DNA of 11,903 bases from positions 1-11,903 of the forward strand of contig JAYTHP010000152.1 of the NCBI GenBank assembly GCA_043732485.1, in the 5' to 3' direction. Within the stretch, counting starts at the first letter, position 1. Every line of letters begins with the position of its first letter. The translations under genes and the position numbers were made by a program. Below, piece after piece: positions 1 through 8,119 of this stretch. The notes below the pieces were generated by a model. That model worked only from the letters and a program-made list of their open reading frames with translations, did not search any database and had not been told where the DNA came from. Origin of the DNA: Oligoflexia bacterium. Its GTDB lineage: Bacteria; Bdellovibrionota; UBA1018.

Positions 1-184
1 CCATTCGACGCTATAATGCCAAGCGGTGGGTTGTTGAACGTACCCATTCATGGCTTAATCAATACCGCGGGATTCGAACGCGACGAATTCACCGCCCCGA
101 AGTCTATCGGGCAATGACATTTTTAGCCTACGCCTGCGGCATTTGAGCTAAACTATGATATTCGGGGTTTGCGAAAGGGGCTCT
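1..184 (+). mobile_element. Right end of an IS5-family insertion sequence
   Basis: The transposase 3' end is followed ~35 bp later by GGTTTGCGAAAGGGGCTC|TTAA. The reverse complement begins GAGCCCC, a GAG-type IS5 terminus, next to a TTA/TAA-like target. The left end is outside the window, so the IR and target duplication cannot be confirmed. Confidence 0.7.
3..146 (+). CDS. IS5-family DDE transposase, C-terminal fragment (5' truncated by window edge)
   Basis: Frame 3 reads IRRYNAKRWVVERTHSWLNQYRGIRTRRIHRPEVYRAMTFLAYACGI*. RWVVERTxSWLxxYR is the IS5-family C-terminal motif carrying the catalytic Glu. Not in the ORF track. A second in-frame TGA follows at 156-158, so TGA 144-146 may be a TGG->TGA change. 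Confidence 0.88.
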   Translation: MRRYNAKRWVVERTHSWLNQYRGIRTRRIHRPEVYRAMTFLAYACGI

Positions 185-429
185 TAAGAAGGATCGAGTT
201 TTTAAAGTCTTCTGAAAAGTGATGACGAGCTCGCATGTTGCTCGAATTGATCCCCTGTTTTTGATGACCGCAATGCGACAACTATCCTGACAGAGGGGGC
301 CCGGGTGTTGGTGGCATAGCTCGGAAGAGAGAGCTGAACCTGAGACTTGCGGCCCTGCAGCAGCCCGTGAGAAGACGAGATTGGCTTCTTTGTATCATTG
401 CGGCTTAAGATTTCAAAACTTTCTGCTTG

Positions 430-1515
430 CTACTGAAAAAAGAAGGTCATGCTTTGAGCTGAAATCGACTTGGAACGAAAGCAGTAGCTCAAGGTATTGA
501 GACGAGTGATGAGGCGCTCCTCTAGGTCTTCGTCAGCCATCCTGGGAAGGGTCAGGCATTTAAATTTGAAATCAATCACCCTCTTTAGGAGATTGAAAAA
601 ATTTTCATCCCAGTGAGAGACTTGTAAGAGAGTCAGATGGGTTAAGTCTCCAAAAAACCCAATATAACCCCGAAAGTTTTCACTCGCTTCGTTATCCAGA
701 GTGAGTCTCTTAACGTTTTTGAGACTCTGATGCCGGCATGCCAGAAAGCTCCACTGGAGTGGCTCGACCTCATATTTTTCAGTCTGATCAGATTGAGCGC
801 AGTTGAGCAGGGTTAAGTCCTCAAGTTGGTTGCCCACCCAAAACAGCCCTGCCAGGCCTTGGTCGCGCTCCGGTTCGTGCAGGTTGACGCGGTCGAGGGA
901 CAGTGTGCGAGTGGATCGAGGAATGCGCAAGGGCCAGCGAAAATCCCAGTGCACAAGTGAGAGATGGGTGAGCTTTTTTAAGTGCACCAAAGCCGGTTCA
1001 ACGGTCGTGTCAGGCGGCAGCGTCTCGAATGTCTCACCTTGATCGTCGCGCACGATTTCTAAAAACACCGTGGTTACCGGCAAGAGTGGGAAAATTAAAG
1101 TCAAATCACGATCTTCGAACTGGGCGATCCGGAAATGAGTACCGTGGTAGAATTCCTCTCTGTGGGCAAAGAGTGCTTGCACCTCCTCTAACGAGAAACG
1201 ATGATCAAGAATGATTAGCCGACAAGGCTTACCGACGGCAGGCGTGCAGGTTGGAGGGGCTTCTGCCTGGAGCTTGTCGGTTAGGAGCTCTGCTCGAGTT
1301 GCTGACGTTCGAGACGTCTCGGTCGTCGCTAGGCTTGGAGTTTTTTTGAGTAAGGGCTCACGCAGCCCTTGCAGACTCCCTGGCTGTTGGCTATCGGGAG
1401 TGCCTTGGGAGGGTTTCAATTCCCCTACCTCGCAACTCAATCCGGATCCCGCCACGAGTTCTCTAGAAAGGGTCAAAGCAATCAAGTTGACTAAAGCTAT
1501 TTTTTTAATAATCAT
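430..1515 (-). CDS. Hypothetical exported protein with divergent leucine-rich-repeat-like C-terminal solenoid (361 aa)
   Basis: Long ORF with a signal-peptide-like N-terminus (MIIKKIALVNLIALTLSRELVAG), a Ser/Thr/Pro-rich linker, then recurring LxxLxL-type strands (LTHLSL, TRTLSL, LEDLTL, VKRLTL, LTHLTL, FKCLTL). Clear paralogy with the adjacent upstream gene supports that it is coding. Confidence 0.8.
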   Translation of the reverse strand: MIIKKIALVNLIALTLSRELVAGSGLSCEVGELKPSQGTPDSQQPGSLQGLREPLLKKTPSLATTETSRTSATRAELLTDKLQAEAPPTCTPAVGKPCRLIILDHRFSLEEVQALFAHREEFYHGTHFRIAQFEDRDLTLIFPLLPVTTVFLEIVRDDQGETFETLPPDTTVEPALVHLKKLTHLSLVHWDFRWPLRIPRSTRTLSLDRVNLHEPERDQGLAGLFWVGNQLEDLTLLNCAQSDQTEKYEVEPLQWSFLACRHQSLKNVKRLTLDNEASENFRGYIGFFGDLTHLTLLQVSHWDENFFNLLKRVIDFKFKCLTLPRMADEDLEERLITRLNTLSYCFRSKSISAQSMTFFFQ

Positions 1516-1545
1516 TTTTGGCCTTATGTATCTTTATTAGGAAAA

Positions 1546-2679
1546 TTAGGGAGAGTCACACTGCACATAAAATGTAATAATTTGATTTGGGTTTAATTTT
1601 CTACTTACCCGGTACTTAAACCAATCGGAACTCCAACTACGAATATCGTCTTCTAGGCTCACCTCCAGGTCGCGTCACTGAGCCGGGGAAGGATGAAGTC
1701 ATGAAGCCTTAGATGATTAACTGCTTTAACTGATTGATTCACGAGCCTAGAAAAAATATCCCATTTTTCCATTTTCAAGAGCGCAAGGTGAGATAAGTTA
1801 TTGAAAATATTGATGATCTCAAAGTCAATAAATGAAGCATATCCTGCAGATTCGCTCTCAAGTGTTACCTGCTTGAGCTTTCTAAGGTTGCAATTTTGAA
1901 GTATTTCCAGTCAAAAGCTATGACTTCCGACCCTTCAAATTGGGCGCACTGAAGAATCATGAGCTCTTCAAGCTTGTTGCCCACCCAAAACGGGCCTGTG
2001 ACCGGTTGGCTGGGTCATGCAAGTGGACGTGATTCAGTGAAAACGAGCAAGTGCTGTGCGGAATGCGCAAGGGCCAGCGCAAATCCCAGTTGACGAGTGC
2101 TAAATGCTTGAGTTTGTCTAAGTGCAGCAAAGCGCTCTCCACTCGACTGTCATTCAGAAGCTTAGCGCTGGGTGCTCCGTGCTTCACTCTGACGATTGCT
2201 AAAGAAACGGTGGTCTGCGGCAGGTCCAGTAAGGTCAGGGCTAACTTGTTGTCTTCGACTGAGGCGATGCGGAAACGTGTGCCACGATCGGCGCCCCTTT
2301 TGGGGGAGAATAATGCAATCATTTTCTCAGCCGAGTTGAGGTGAACGTCCACCCTCGGCGGAGACTCGCTGCTGGAAGGTGCGGCTATCGCTTTGGCGTC
2401 CGCTCCTGTAACCTCGCCGCCTGTCAGGAGCTTTGCTCTCGTTTTACGAGGGCCAGAGGTCGGAGTTGTCGCTGGGTGGAGGGGTTTTATGAGGAAGGGT
2501 TTACGCAGCTCTTGCAGCAGTCTAGCATCGCCATAGTGAATACCTCGGAGTGCTTGGGGAGGATAGTCCGCTTCGCGACTCAACCTGGCTCCGGCCATCA
2601 GCTCTTTGGGTATCGCCAGCATCAGAACATTGCCAAACAAATTGCCTAAAACCAGTGTGTCTAAAACTATTTTTTTCAT
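1546..2679 (-). pseudogene. Frameshifted paralog of the 430-1515 LRR-like exported protein
   Basis: ATG at 2679 with AGAGGG RBS. Aligns to the paralog (GTRFRIASVEDNKL...LHLDKLKHLALVNWDLRWPLRIPHST vs GTHFRIAQFEDRDL...VHLKKLTHLSLVHWDFRWPLRIPRST). Homology continues after frameshifts near ~1995 (GPFWVGNKLEELMILQCAQ), ~1895 (LRKLKQVTLESE...LSHLALLKMEKWD...ILPRLSD) and ~1672 (DLEVSLEDD...IITFYVQCDSP*), ending at TAA 1546-1548. Confidence 0.85.
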
Positions 2680-2849
2680 ATCCCTCTTCCTGACCTTATT
2701 CCTTTACCTTCACCGGGGTGAGGCATCCTTAGTCGAAGAAATTTGCTTCCAGCAATAGCAGGTAGGTCTTTTGACGTCAATTCGGGTTGCCGACGAAACA
2801 AAAGAAAAGCTTCAGCAGGACTTTCTGAGCGGATTGGTCAGTGCGGCGG

Positions 2850-4349
2850 TCAGTGAACCATTCCAATCCAGGCCTTGAGGTAGGTTCCTTCTGGAAATTC
2901 AAAGAGTTGCGGATGATCGCTTGAGGGTCCCCCTTTTGCAATCCATTGTACGGAGCGGTTTCGTTTGGCTGCGGCTTTTCGCAAGATCTCCTGCAAGGTG
3001 TCGTCACTCAGCAGGCTGGAGCAAGAGCAAAAGATCAAAACTCCTTGCGGTTTGATGAGTCTTAGGCACTGGCTTGCAAGCTGCAGATAAGCTTGCTTGC
3101 CTTTCATCCAGTCTTTTCTCGTTTTAATCAAAGCGGGCGGGTCACAGACAATCACGTCGAAGCTTTTTTCTGCAAAAGCGGGAAGTTGCTCGAACGCACT
3201 TTTTTTGTAACCCACAAAGCGCCCGCCTTGGGTTTCAACGTTACGGCGGGCCAGCTGCAAGGCTGCTTCTGAGCTATCTACGGCAGTCAGCGCAACGACG
3301 GACGTGCTGAGTGGGGAGGAAGCTTGACGGAACAGGCGTGTCAGTTGCGCTCCCCATTGGCCGACATAGCAAAAGAGGTCCAAAATCGTGATCTCGTTCG
3401 TTTCAATGGCTTGAGTTTCCGCAGGAGGGGTGGGCGGGCAGGCGTCGGTGTCGGTGTCGGTGGTGGTAGTTTGCAGGAATCTAAGCTTTTGTGCCGCTAG
3501 TTGTAAGTTGGATTGCTGATCTAAAAAAAATCCGGTCTTTTGACCGTTCACCAGATCGACTTGAAACGGGCACAAGCCAGTGTCGCTTGCCGACGCCACC
3601 AGGATGGTGCACTGAGTGAGTGGCACACCTGGAAGGTCTTTGATCACCTGCGGGCTTGATTCGCTCAGGCCCTCTAAGACGCGCACGCCCAGATCGTTGC
3701 GTAAAACGAGCCCGGTTTTTTCCCAGGAAACATCAGTCTCAGTACCTTGAGGGGCTGCCGGGTGCGGGGGCTTGCGACTGGGCTGATCGTCGCGCTTCTC
3801 TGCTCGGCTTTCTTCCCGCACCCATGCCTCTAAGGCCTGGAGGATCTCAGGCAACAGACGATCCATCCCAGCTGAGTGCGCTTGTAAGACAAACACCTGG
3901 CCCTGGTGGTCTGCCAACCGATAGCGGTCAATCACGAGACCGGGGAGTTGATCGGCCTCGCCGTAACAAAAGCGGTAGCTTGCAGCGGTTAAGCCTAAGG
4001 TGGCCCGCAATTGCTGAGCCCGTTTGAGTTTGCCCAACAAGGCCGAGCACGTGTAAGGACTGGCCAAAAGGGGGTCTCGTGAAAGAGCGCGAAAGGCAAT
4101 CAGGGAATGAGGATTGCCAAAGCCACGGGCTAAGAATGCTCCTGAAGCATCGAATAAGTCGACGGGATCTCCCGGCTGAATGCCTTTGGGAGAGTTTTGC
4201 AACTCATTGGAATAGACCCAAGGGTGGCCTGCGCAAAATCTGCGTTCGGAGCCACTCCTTAAGCGCCAGCGGGTGACGGGGGTTAAAGCTAAAGTCGTGG
4301 GGCTAAGGGTCGGAGCTTGAGGTGACATAGGGGTGCGGTTTTCCTTCAA
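2850..4349 (-). CDS. rlmI: Class I SAM-dependent rRNA methyltransferase, RlmI/RlmK-like (PUA + methyltransferase)
   Basis: Motifs GHPWVYSNEL (PUA), GEADQLPGLVIDRY, GQKTGFFLDQ, ILDLFCYVGQWG (SAM motif I), FDVIVCDPP, CSCS, DHP...PEGTYLK. The start may be ATG at 4328 rather than TTG at 4349. Confidence 0.9.
   Translation of the reverse strand: MKENRTPMSPQAPTLSPTTLALTPVTRWRLRSGSERRFCAGHPWVYSNELQNSPKGIQPGDPVDLFDASGAFLARGFGNPHSLIAFRALSRDPLLASPYTCSALLGKLKRAQQLRATLGLTAASYRFCYGEADQLPGLVIDRYRLADHQGQVFVLQAHSAGMDRLLPEILQALEAWVREESRAEKRDDQPSRKPPHPAAPQGTETDVSWEKTGLVLRNDLGVRVLEGLSESSPQVIKDLPGVPLTQCTILVASASDTGLCPFQVDLVNGQKTGFFLDQQSNLQLAAQKLRFLQTTTTDTDTDACPPTPPAETQAIETNEITILDLFCYVGQWGAQLTRLFRQASSPLSTSVVALTAVDSSEAALQLARRNVETQGGRFVGYKKSAFEQLPAFAEKSFDVIVCDPPALIKTRKDWMKGKQAYLQLASQCLRLIKPQGVLIFCSCSSLLSDDTLQEILRKAAAKRNRSVQWIAKGGPSSDHPQLFEFPEGTYLKAWIGMVH
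3444..3461. repeat. In-frame hexanucleotide repeat (GTCGGT)x3 in the methyltransferase gene
   Basis: Directly visible; encodes TDTDTD on the minus strand. Confidence 0.8.
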
Positions 4350-4517
4350 AAAGTGCGAGGCTACGAGAGCGACTAAAAAAAGAGCGGTGGAGTTAGGTTT
4401 TGTTGGGCGGACCGAGTTGTGAGCTGAGGGGGGAGGATGATTGAGGGCTGCTCGATGTAACCTGCTAGAATCGTTTTATTGCGCCCAGCCACGCCACATC
4501 CCATCACACCTCAAGGC

Positions 4518-4549
4518 CTCACAGGAACTCACGAGGTCTCACTTGTGAG
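4518..4549. promoter_or_regulatory. Phased CTCAC direct repeats (10-bp period) ending in an inverted copy
   Basis: CTCAC at 4518, 4528 and 4538, plus GTGAG at 4545. A regulatory role is inferred only. Confidence 0.3.
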
Positions 4550-4689
4550 GACGTTCAGCCCCGTAGGCTCCTTACAATGGCCTTTCTAATTCTCCTGAGG
4601 AGGGGTTAGCCCTTTTGACGTTAAGCCAGCAAGCGCAAAGTGCTAAGTGCCGCGAGTGTGACCAAAAATACAAAATAAAATCAAGGGCG

Positions 4690-4724
4690 TTTGACTTATT
4701 GCAAGTTGTTTGCAATAAGTCAAA
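4690..4724. promoter_or_regulatory. Perfect inverted repeat, candidate Fur-family (Zur/Mur-like) operator upstream of the TonB-dependent receptor
   Basis: TTTGACTTATTGCAA-GTTGT-TTGCAATAAGTCAAA has 15-bp perfect arms and a TGCAA-N5-TTGCA core, with a TTGACT -35-like hexamer in each arm. It lies ~300 bp upstream of an outer-membrane uptake gene. Confidence 0.65.
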
Positions 4725-5025
4725 TGAAAAAGTCTTTTTAAAGAATCAAAAAAACTGAGACTGTTGCGCAAGCAAAGATCTGCGAGAACGGATCTTAGAG
4801 CGATCTGAAGAGCCATCCTAGAATGAGTTTTAAGGTCCCCTGAAAGTTGCGCTTGCCAATTTTCCCCAGATTTTTGCGAAAAAGACGAGGCTCGGGCGTG
4901 CAGACTGACCTTTTGCTTCTTCTTGCGCTGGACGACATGGAAGGAGCGCTGCGCCAGGCATGAAGTCAGAGAACGAGCGAGTGCTTTGCGCGATAAGAGC
5001 CTGAAAATAATGGGAGAGTGTTCGA

Positions 5026-7734
5026 GTGAAAGTGCGTAGGACAGGGTGCAAAAGTTTGTGGCTGATGAGTGTGCTGATGATGGTCTTGCCTTTGGGGTTT
5101 ACCTCCCCTCTCGGCTGGCCGGGTCTTACTGAAGCCAGCGCCAACGTCGAGGGCATGATCTCTGGAGTCTTGCAGGACTCCCAGGAGCGCTTCGTGGTCG
5201 GTGCGGAGGTGGCGCTTTTTAAAGGTGCGCTCGGTGAGAGGATCGCCAAGCCGGGAACCGCGGTGTCGAATCAGGACGGACAGTTTGAGTTTTTAGGCGT
5301 GGCCTTTGGCGATTACTGGATGGAAGTCAAGGTGCAAGCGGCAGCCGAGGTGGGGGGCAGTCGTCAGCAGCGAGTGGTTTACCGCGACGTCGTACACGTG
5401 GCCTCAGGGGAAGAAGTTCACTTGCGGGTTGTGCTGGATTTACCGTCAATGCCAGACGGGGTTGTTTTAGGGCACCAGGTAGTAGTGGGGGATCATCGGT
5501 TGTCACCTCTTTTTTCTCCTTCTCTTGCATCTCCTGTGCGTTCTGAGGACTTACTGCCGCAGAGGGACCAGCCTGGCTCGGAGACGCAGCCGGGTGAAGC
5601 GCGTCATGAGGATGAGGGTGAGGGTGAGGGTGAGGGTGACGGCGGCGACGAGGCGGTTTTGCGGCTGAAGGTGAAAGCGAGAAAAAAATGGATTCAAAAC
5701 TCGGCTGCGGTCAGTCGTACCCAGTTGAGTCAAAAACAACTCAGCGAGCTTCCCCAAGGCGGAGAGGCCTCCTTAGCCAAGGTTCTCGCCACCACGGCGC
5801 CTGGGGTGGTGCTAGGCGGTTTTGGTCAGATGTTTGTGCGAGGCAATCACGGCAATGTGCAATACCAAATCGACGGCGTGCAGCTTCCAGGCTCGCCTGC
5901 CGGCGATTTTGCCCAGGTCTTTAGTCCCCGCAATATCGATCAAATGGAGTTGATCACTGGTGGGATTCCTGCAGAGTATGGCACTCGCTTGGCTGCCATT
6001 GTTAATATTGTCAGCAAATCCGGACCGCAAAAGCCTGGGGGCGAGGTCGAGCTCAATTATGGGTTAAGCAATTTTGGTAGCAGTCGGGAAACAGGCTGGG
6101 GTTATTCTGCGATTAGCCCACACTTGCTTTATGGGGGCAGTAACGAAGCAGGCAACTTCCGCTATTTCTTCTCAGCCAATTATCAGGCTTCCGGGCGGGG
6201 ATTAAATACCCCGAACTCGGTGATCAACGCGGATGGCTCCTTAAATGAGGGTCAAGGAGGGGCGCAAGCCGTGCACGATGCTAATGCCGGGAATTCGGAA
6301 TTTGCCAAACTGGAGTGGTTTTCCGATAGCGAACATCCGGCAGAGTCGCCCAATCAATGGACTTTTTTAGCCTTACGCAACGCCAATTTCTTTCAAATTC
6401 CCAACTATCCTAGCTCCTTTCGTCCGACGCAATCGCTTTTTGTCGATAATCCTGAGACCATCAGCTACATTCCGTCCACGACCGACGATTCGCAATCGGA
6501 ATCCAACAGCTCGGTGCAGTTGGTCTGGAAGCATCGCTACTCTGAGAATGCCTCGTTGCAGTTGGCGCCTTACTATAAGTTCGCCAACGTGACCGTGATG
6601 AATGATCCGGTGAACGATTTAGCTTCCTTAAACCTCGTGCCTGGGGCCCAGCCGGTTTCGATTGCCGAAGACCGTAACGTGAACACGGTCGGTCTCAAGG
6701 GCGATTATCGGCTCAAAGCGACGGCCCAGCACGTCGTGAAGCTCGGTTTTCAAGTGCAAGCGGCCAGGGCCGACGGCTGGGTGTCGTTTCAGACCGATCC
6801 TTACCGCGCTCCGCTGCTGGCCAACGCCCAGACCGCTGGCTATACCGAAAGTCTTTACGCGCAAGACGACTATTCGCTCTTCCCGTGGTTGTTTTTTAAC
6901 GTTGGCGTTCGATTTGACGCGGCGCAGTATCAGTTTGCAGGCCTGAGCCCGATGGAATCCCTCCTGCAGCCGCGGCTGGGGATGAATGTGTTGGCCACGG
7001 AAACCACTAAGCTGCATGTCTTTTATGGCAGACTGTTTCAGCCGGTGGCAACGGAGGCGTTAAGGGTCCAGTATACTTACCCGAACACGCTGCAGCCGTA
7101 TTTCTTGAAAGCCGAAAAAGACGCTTATACCGAAATTGGGATTGATCAGGAGATCTCAGCCTTGCAGCAAGTTCTTTCTGCGACCGTTTATTACAAGGAT
7201 ATGGTCAGCGCCGTGGATGAGCATCAATTGTATCGCACCTCGCTTTCCCAAGCCTTCAATTATGCGAAAGGCTTTGGCTATGGTTTTGAAGTTTCGTTAC
7301 GAGGCAAAATCACGGAAAACTGGTCGGATTATTTTAATTATTCTTATGCCATGGCGCAGGGTTTGGGGATGGAAGGGGGCATTGGGGTTCCGACCGCTCA
7401 GGCCTGGCAAGTGTTTGATCACATTCAAGAGCATACCGCTAATCTTGGAGTGACGTATAAGAGGGACCGCATTTGGTGGACCACCCAGTGGCTTTACGGC
7501 AGTGGGCTAAGAACGGGGGAGAATAACAGCTTGAGTATGCCTGCGCATCATAGTCTGGATACGAGCGTTGGTTATCAAGTGGTCGATGGCAAGGGTCGCC
7601 CGCAACTGAAGGTTTCATTGGATCTTTTGAATGTGCTGGATAACCGCTATCCGCTGACTTATGCCAATGGTTTGAGTGGCAATCAGTTTGCGGCAGGCAG
7701 GCAGTTTTTTGTTAGGCTCACCAAGGAGCTTTAG
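5026..7734 (+). CDS. TonB-dependent outer-membrane receptor with N-terminal carboxypeptidase-regulatory-like domain
   Basis: 902-aa ORF with GGAG upstream of the GTG start and a signal peptide. N-terminal domain ISGVLQDSQERFVVGAEVAL...SNQDGQFEF...GDYWMEV; plug motifs APGVV, FVRG, YQIDGVQL, IDQMELITGGIPAEYG..AAIVNIVSKSG; barrel motifs LYAQDDY, NVGVRFD, QPRLG, LKAEK, LLNVLDNRY, GRQFFVRL. Confidence 0.95.
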   Translation: MKVRRTGCKSLWLMSVLMMVLPLGFTSPLGWPGLTEASANVEGMISGVLQDSQERFVVGAEVALFKGALGERIAKPGTAVSNQDGQFEFLGVAFGDYWMEVKVQAAAEVGGSRQQRVVYRDVVHVASGEEVHLRVVLDLPSMPDGVVLGHQVVVGDHRLSPLFSPSLASPVRSEDLLPQRDQPGSETQPGEARHEDEGEGEGEGDGGDEAVLRLKVKARKKWIQNSAAVSRTQLSQKQLSELPQGGEASLAKVLATTAPGVVLGGFGQMFVRGNHGNVQYQIDGVQLPGSPAGDFAQVFSPRNIDQMELITGGIPAEYGTRLAAIVNIVSKSGPQKPGGEVELNYGLSNFGSSRETGWGYSAISPHLLYGGSNEAGNFRYFFSANYQASGRGLNTPNSVINADGSLNEGQGGAQAVHDANAGNSEFAKLEWFSDSEHPAESPNQWTFLALRNANFFQIPNYPSSFRPTQSLFVDNPETISYIPSTTDDSQSESNSSVQLVWKHRYSENASLQLAPYYKFANVTVMNDPVNDLASLNLVPGAQPVSIAEDRNVNTVGLKGDYRLKATAQHVVKLGFQVQAARADGWVSFQTDPYRAPLLANAQTAGYTESLYAQDDYSLFPWLFFNVGVRFDAAQYQFAGLSPMESLLQPRLGMNVLATETTKLHVFYGRLFQPVATEALRVQYTYPNTLQPYFLKAEKDAYTEIGIDQEISALQQVLSATVYYKDMVSAVDEHQLYRTSLSQAFNYAKGFGYGFEVSLRGKITENWSDYFNYSYAMAQGLGMEGGIGVPTAQAWQVFDHIQEHTANLGVTYKRDRIWWTTQWLYGSGLRTGENNSLSMPAHHSLDTSVGYQVVDGKGRPQLKVSLDLLNVLDNRYPLTYANGLSGNQFAAGRQFFVRLTKEL
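5614..5637 (+). repeat. In-frame (GAGGGT)x4 repeat in the acidic linker of the receptor
   Basis: Directly visible; encodes EGEGEGEG within HEDEGEGEGEGDGGDE. Confidence 0.85.
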
Positions 7735-7853
7735 CCCGTTCCGGCAGCAGGGGGTACCGGGGGTAGAGCGTAACGCGCTCCAGGGTTGAGGCGCTGATCG
7801 AGTCAGGGTAGAGGGCTAAAAAAATCGCAGGTTCGGGAGACCCAGGGTTTTTG

Positions 7854-7877
7854 AAGCGAGCGGTATCGCTTGTTTTT
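7854..7877 (+). terminator. Possible intrinsic terminator after the TonB-dependent receptor
   Basis: AAGCGA-GCGGTA-TCGCTT stem-loop followed by GTTTTT, 120 bp after the stop. The stem is short. Confidence 0.35.
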
Positions 7878-8119
7878 GCCGAGTTAAATTGGTAGCAAAG
7901 AAGGTAATCCAACCCTCCCCCCCCCCTTTTTTTGCGACTGGTGCGATTCATCTGCAAAAAAAAGCGCAAAAACTCCGGGGAGCACGCGCCATTCACCCGC
8001 TAACCCCGCTAGGGGCTGATTGGAGTTACGCCTGGTGCCCGCAGTCGTCGGGGGTGAGGGCAGCAAGGCGGTGGGTTGGGCATTGCCGGGGCTTTAAGTA
8101 ACTTGAAGGGAGCAAGACG

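Noticed and set aside
803..2649. Plus-strand ORFs 803-1042, 1029-1214, 1211-1540, 2051-2344 and 2341-2649, two of which resemble each other (GMRKGQRKSQ)
   Set aside because: They are antisense shadows of the paralogous minus-strand genes; their similarity just mirrors the real paralogy.
2777..4276. ORFs 2777-3007, 3656-4027 and 4079-4276
   Set aside because: They overlap the well-supported methyltransferase gene and show no recognisable motifs.
4725..5025. Cobalamin or TPP riboswitch in the TonB receptor leader
   Set aside because: I could not find the conserved B12-box or TPP core sequences by eye; an Rfam scan would settle it.
4830..7453. Short ORFs overlapping the TonB receptor on either strand
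   Set aside because: Alternative-frame or antisense shadows of a 902-aa gene with strong family motifs.
8002..8100. GGGGCTGATT resembling the tmRNA 5' end, and small ORFs at 7718-8101
   Set aside because: The match stops after 10 nt, with no tag reading frame or tRNA-like 3' end and too little space before yebC. The ORFs are low-complexity with no clear RBS.
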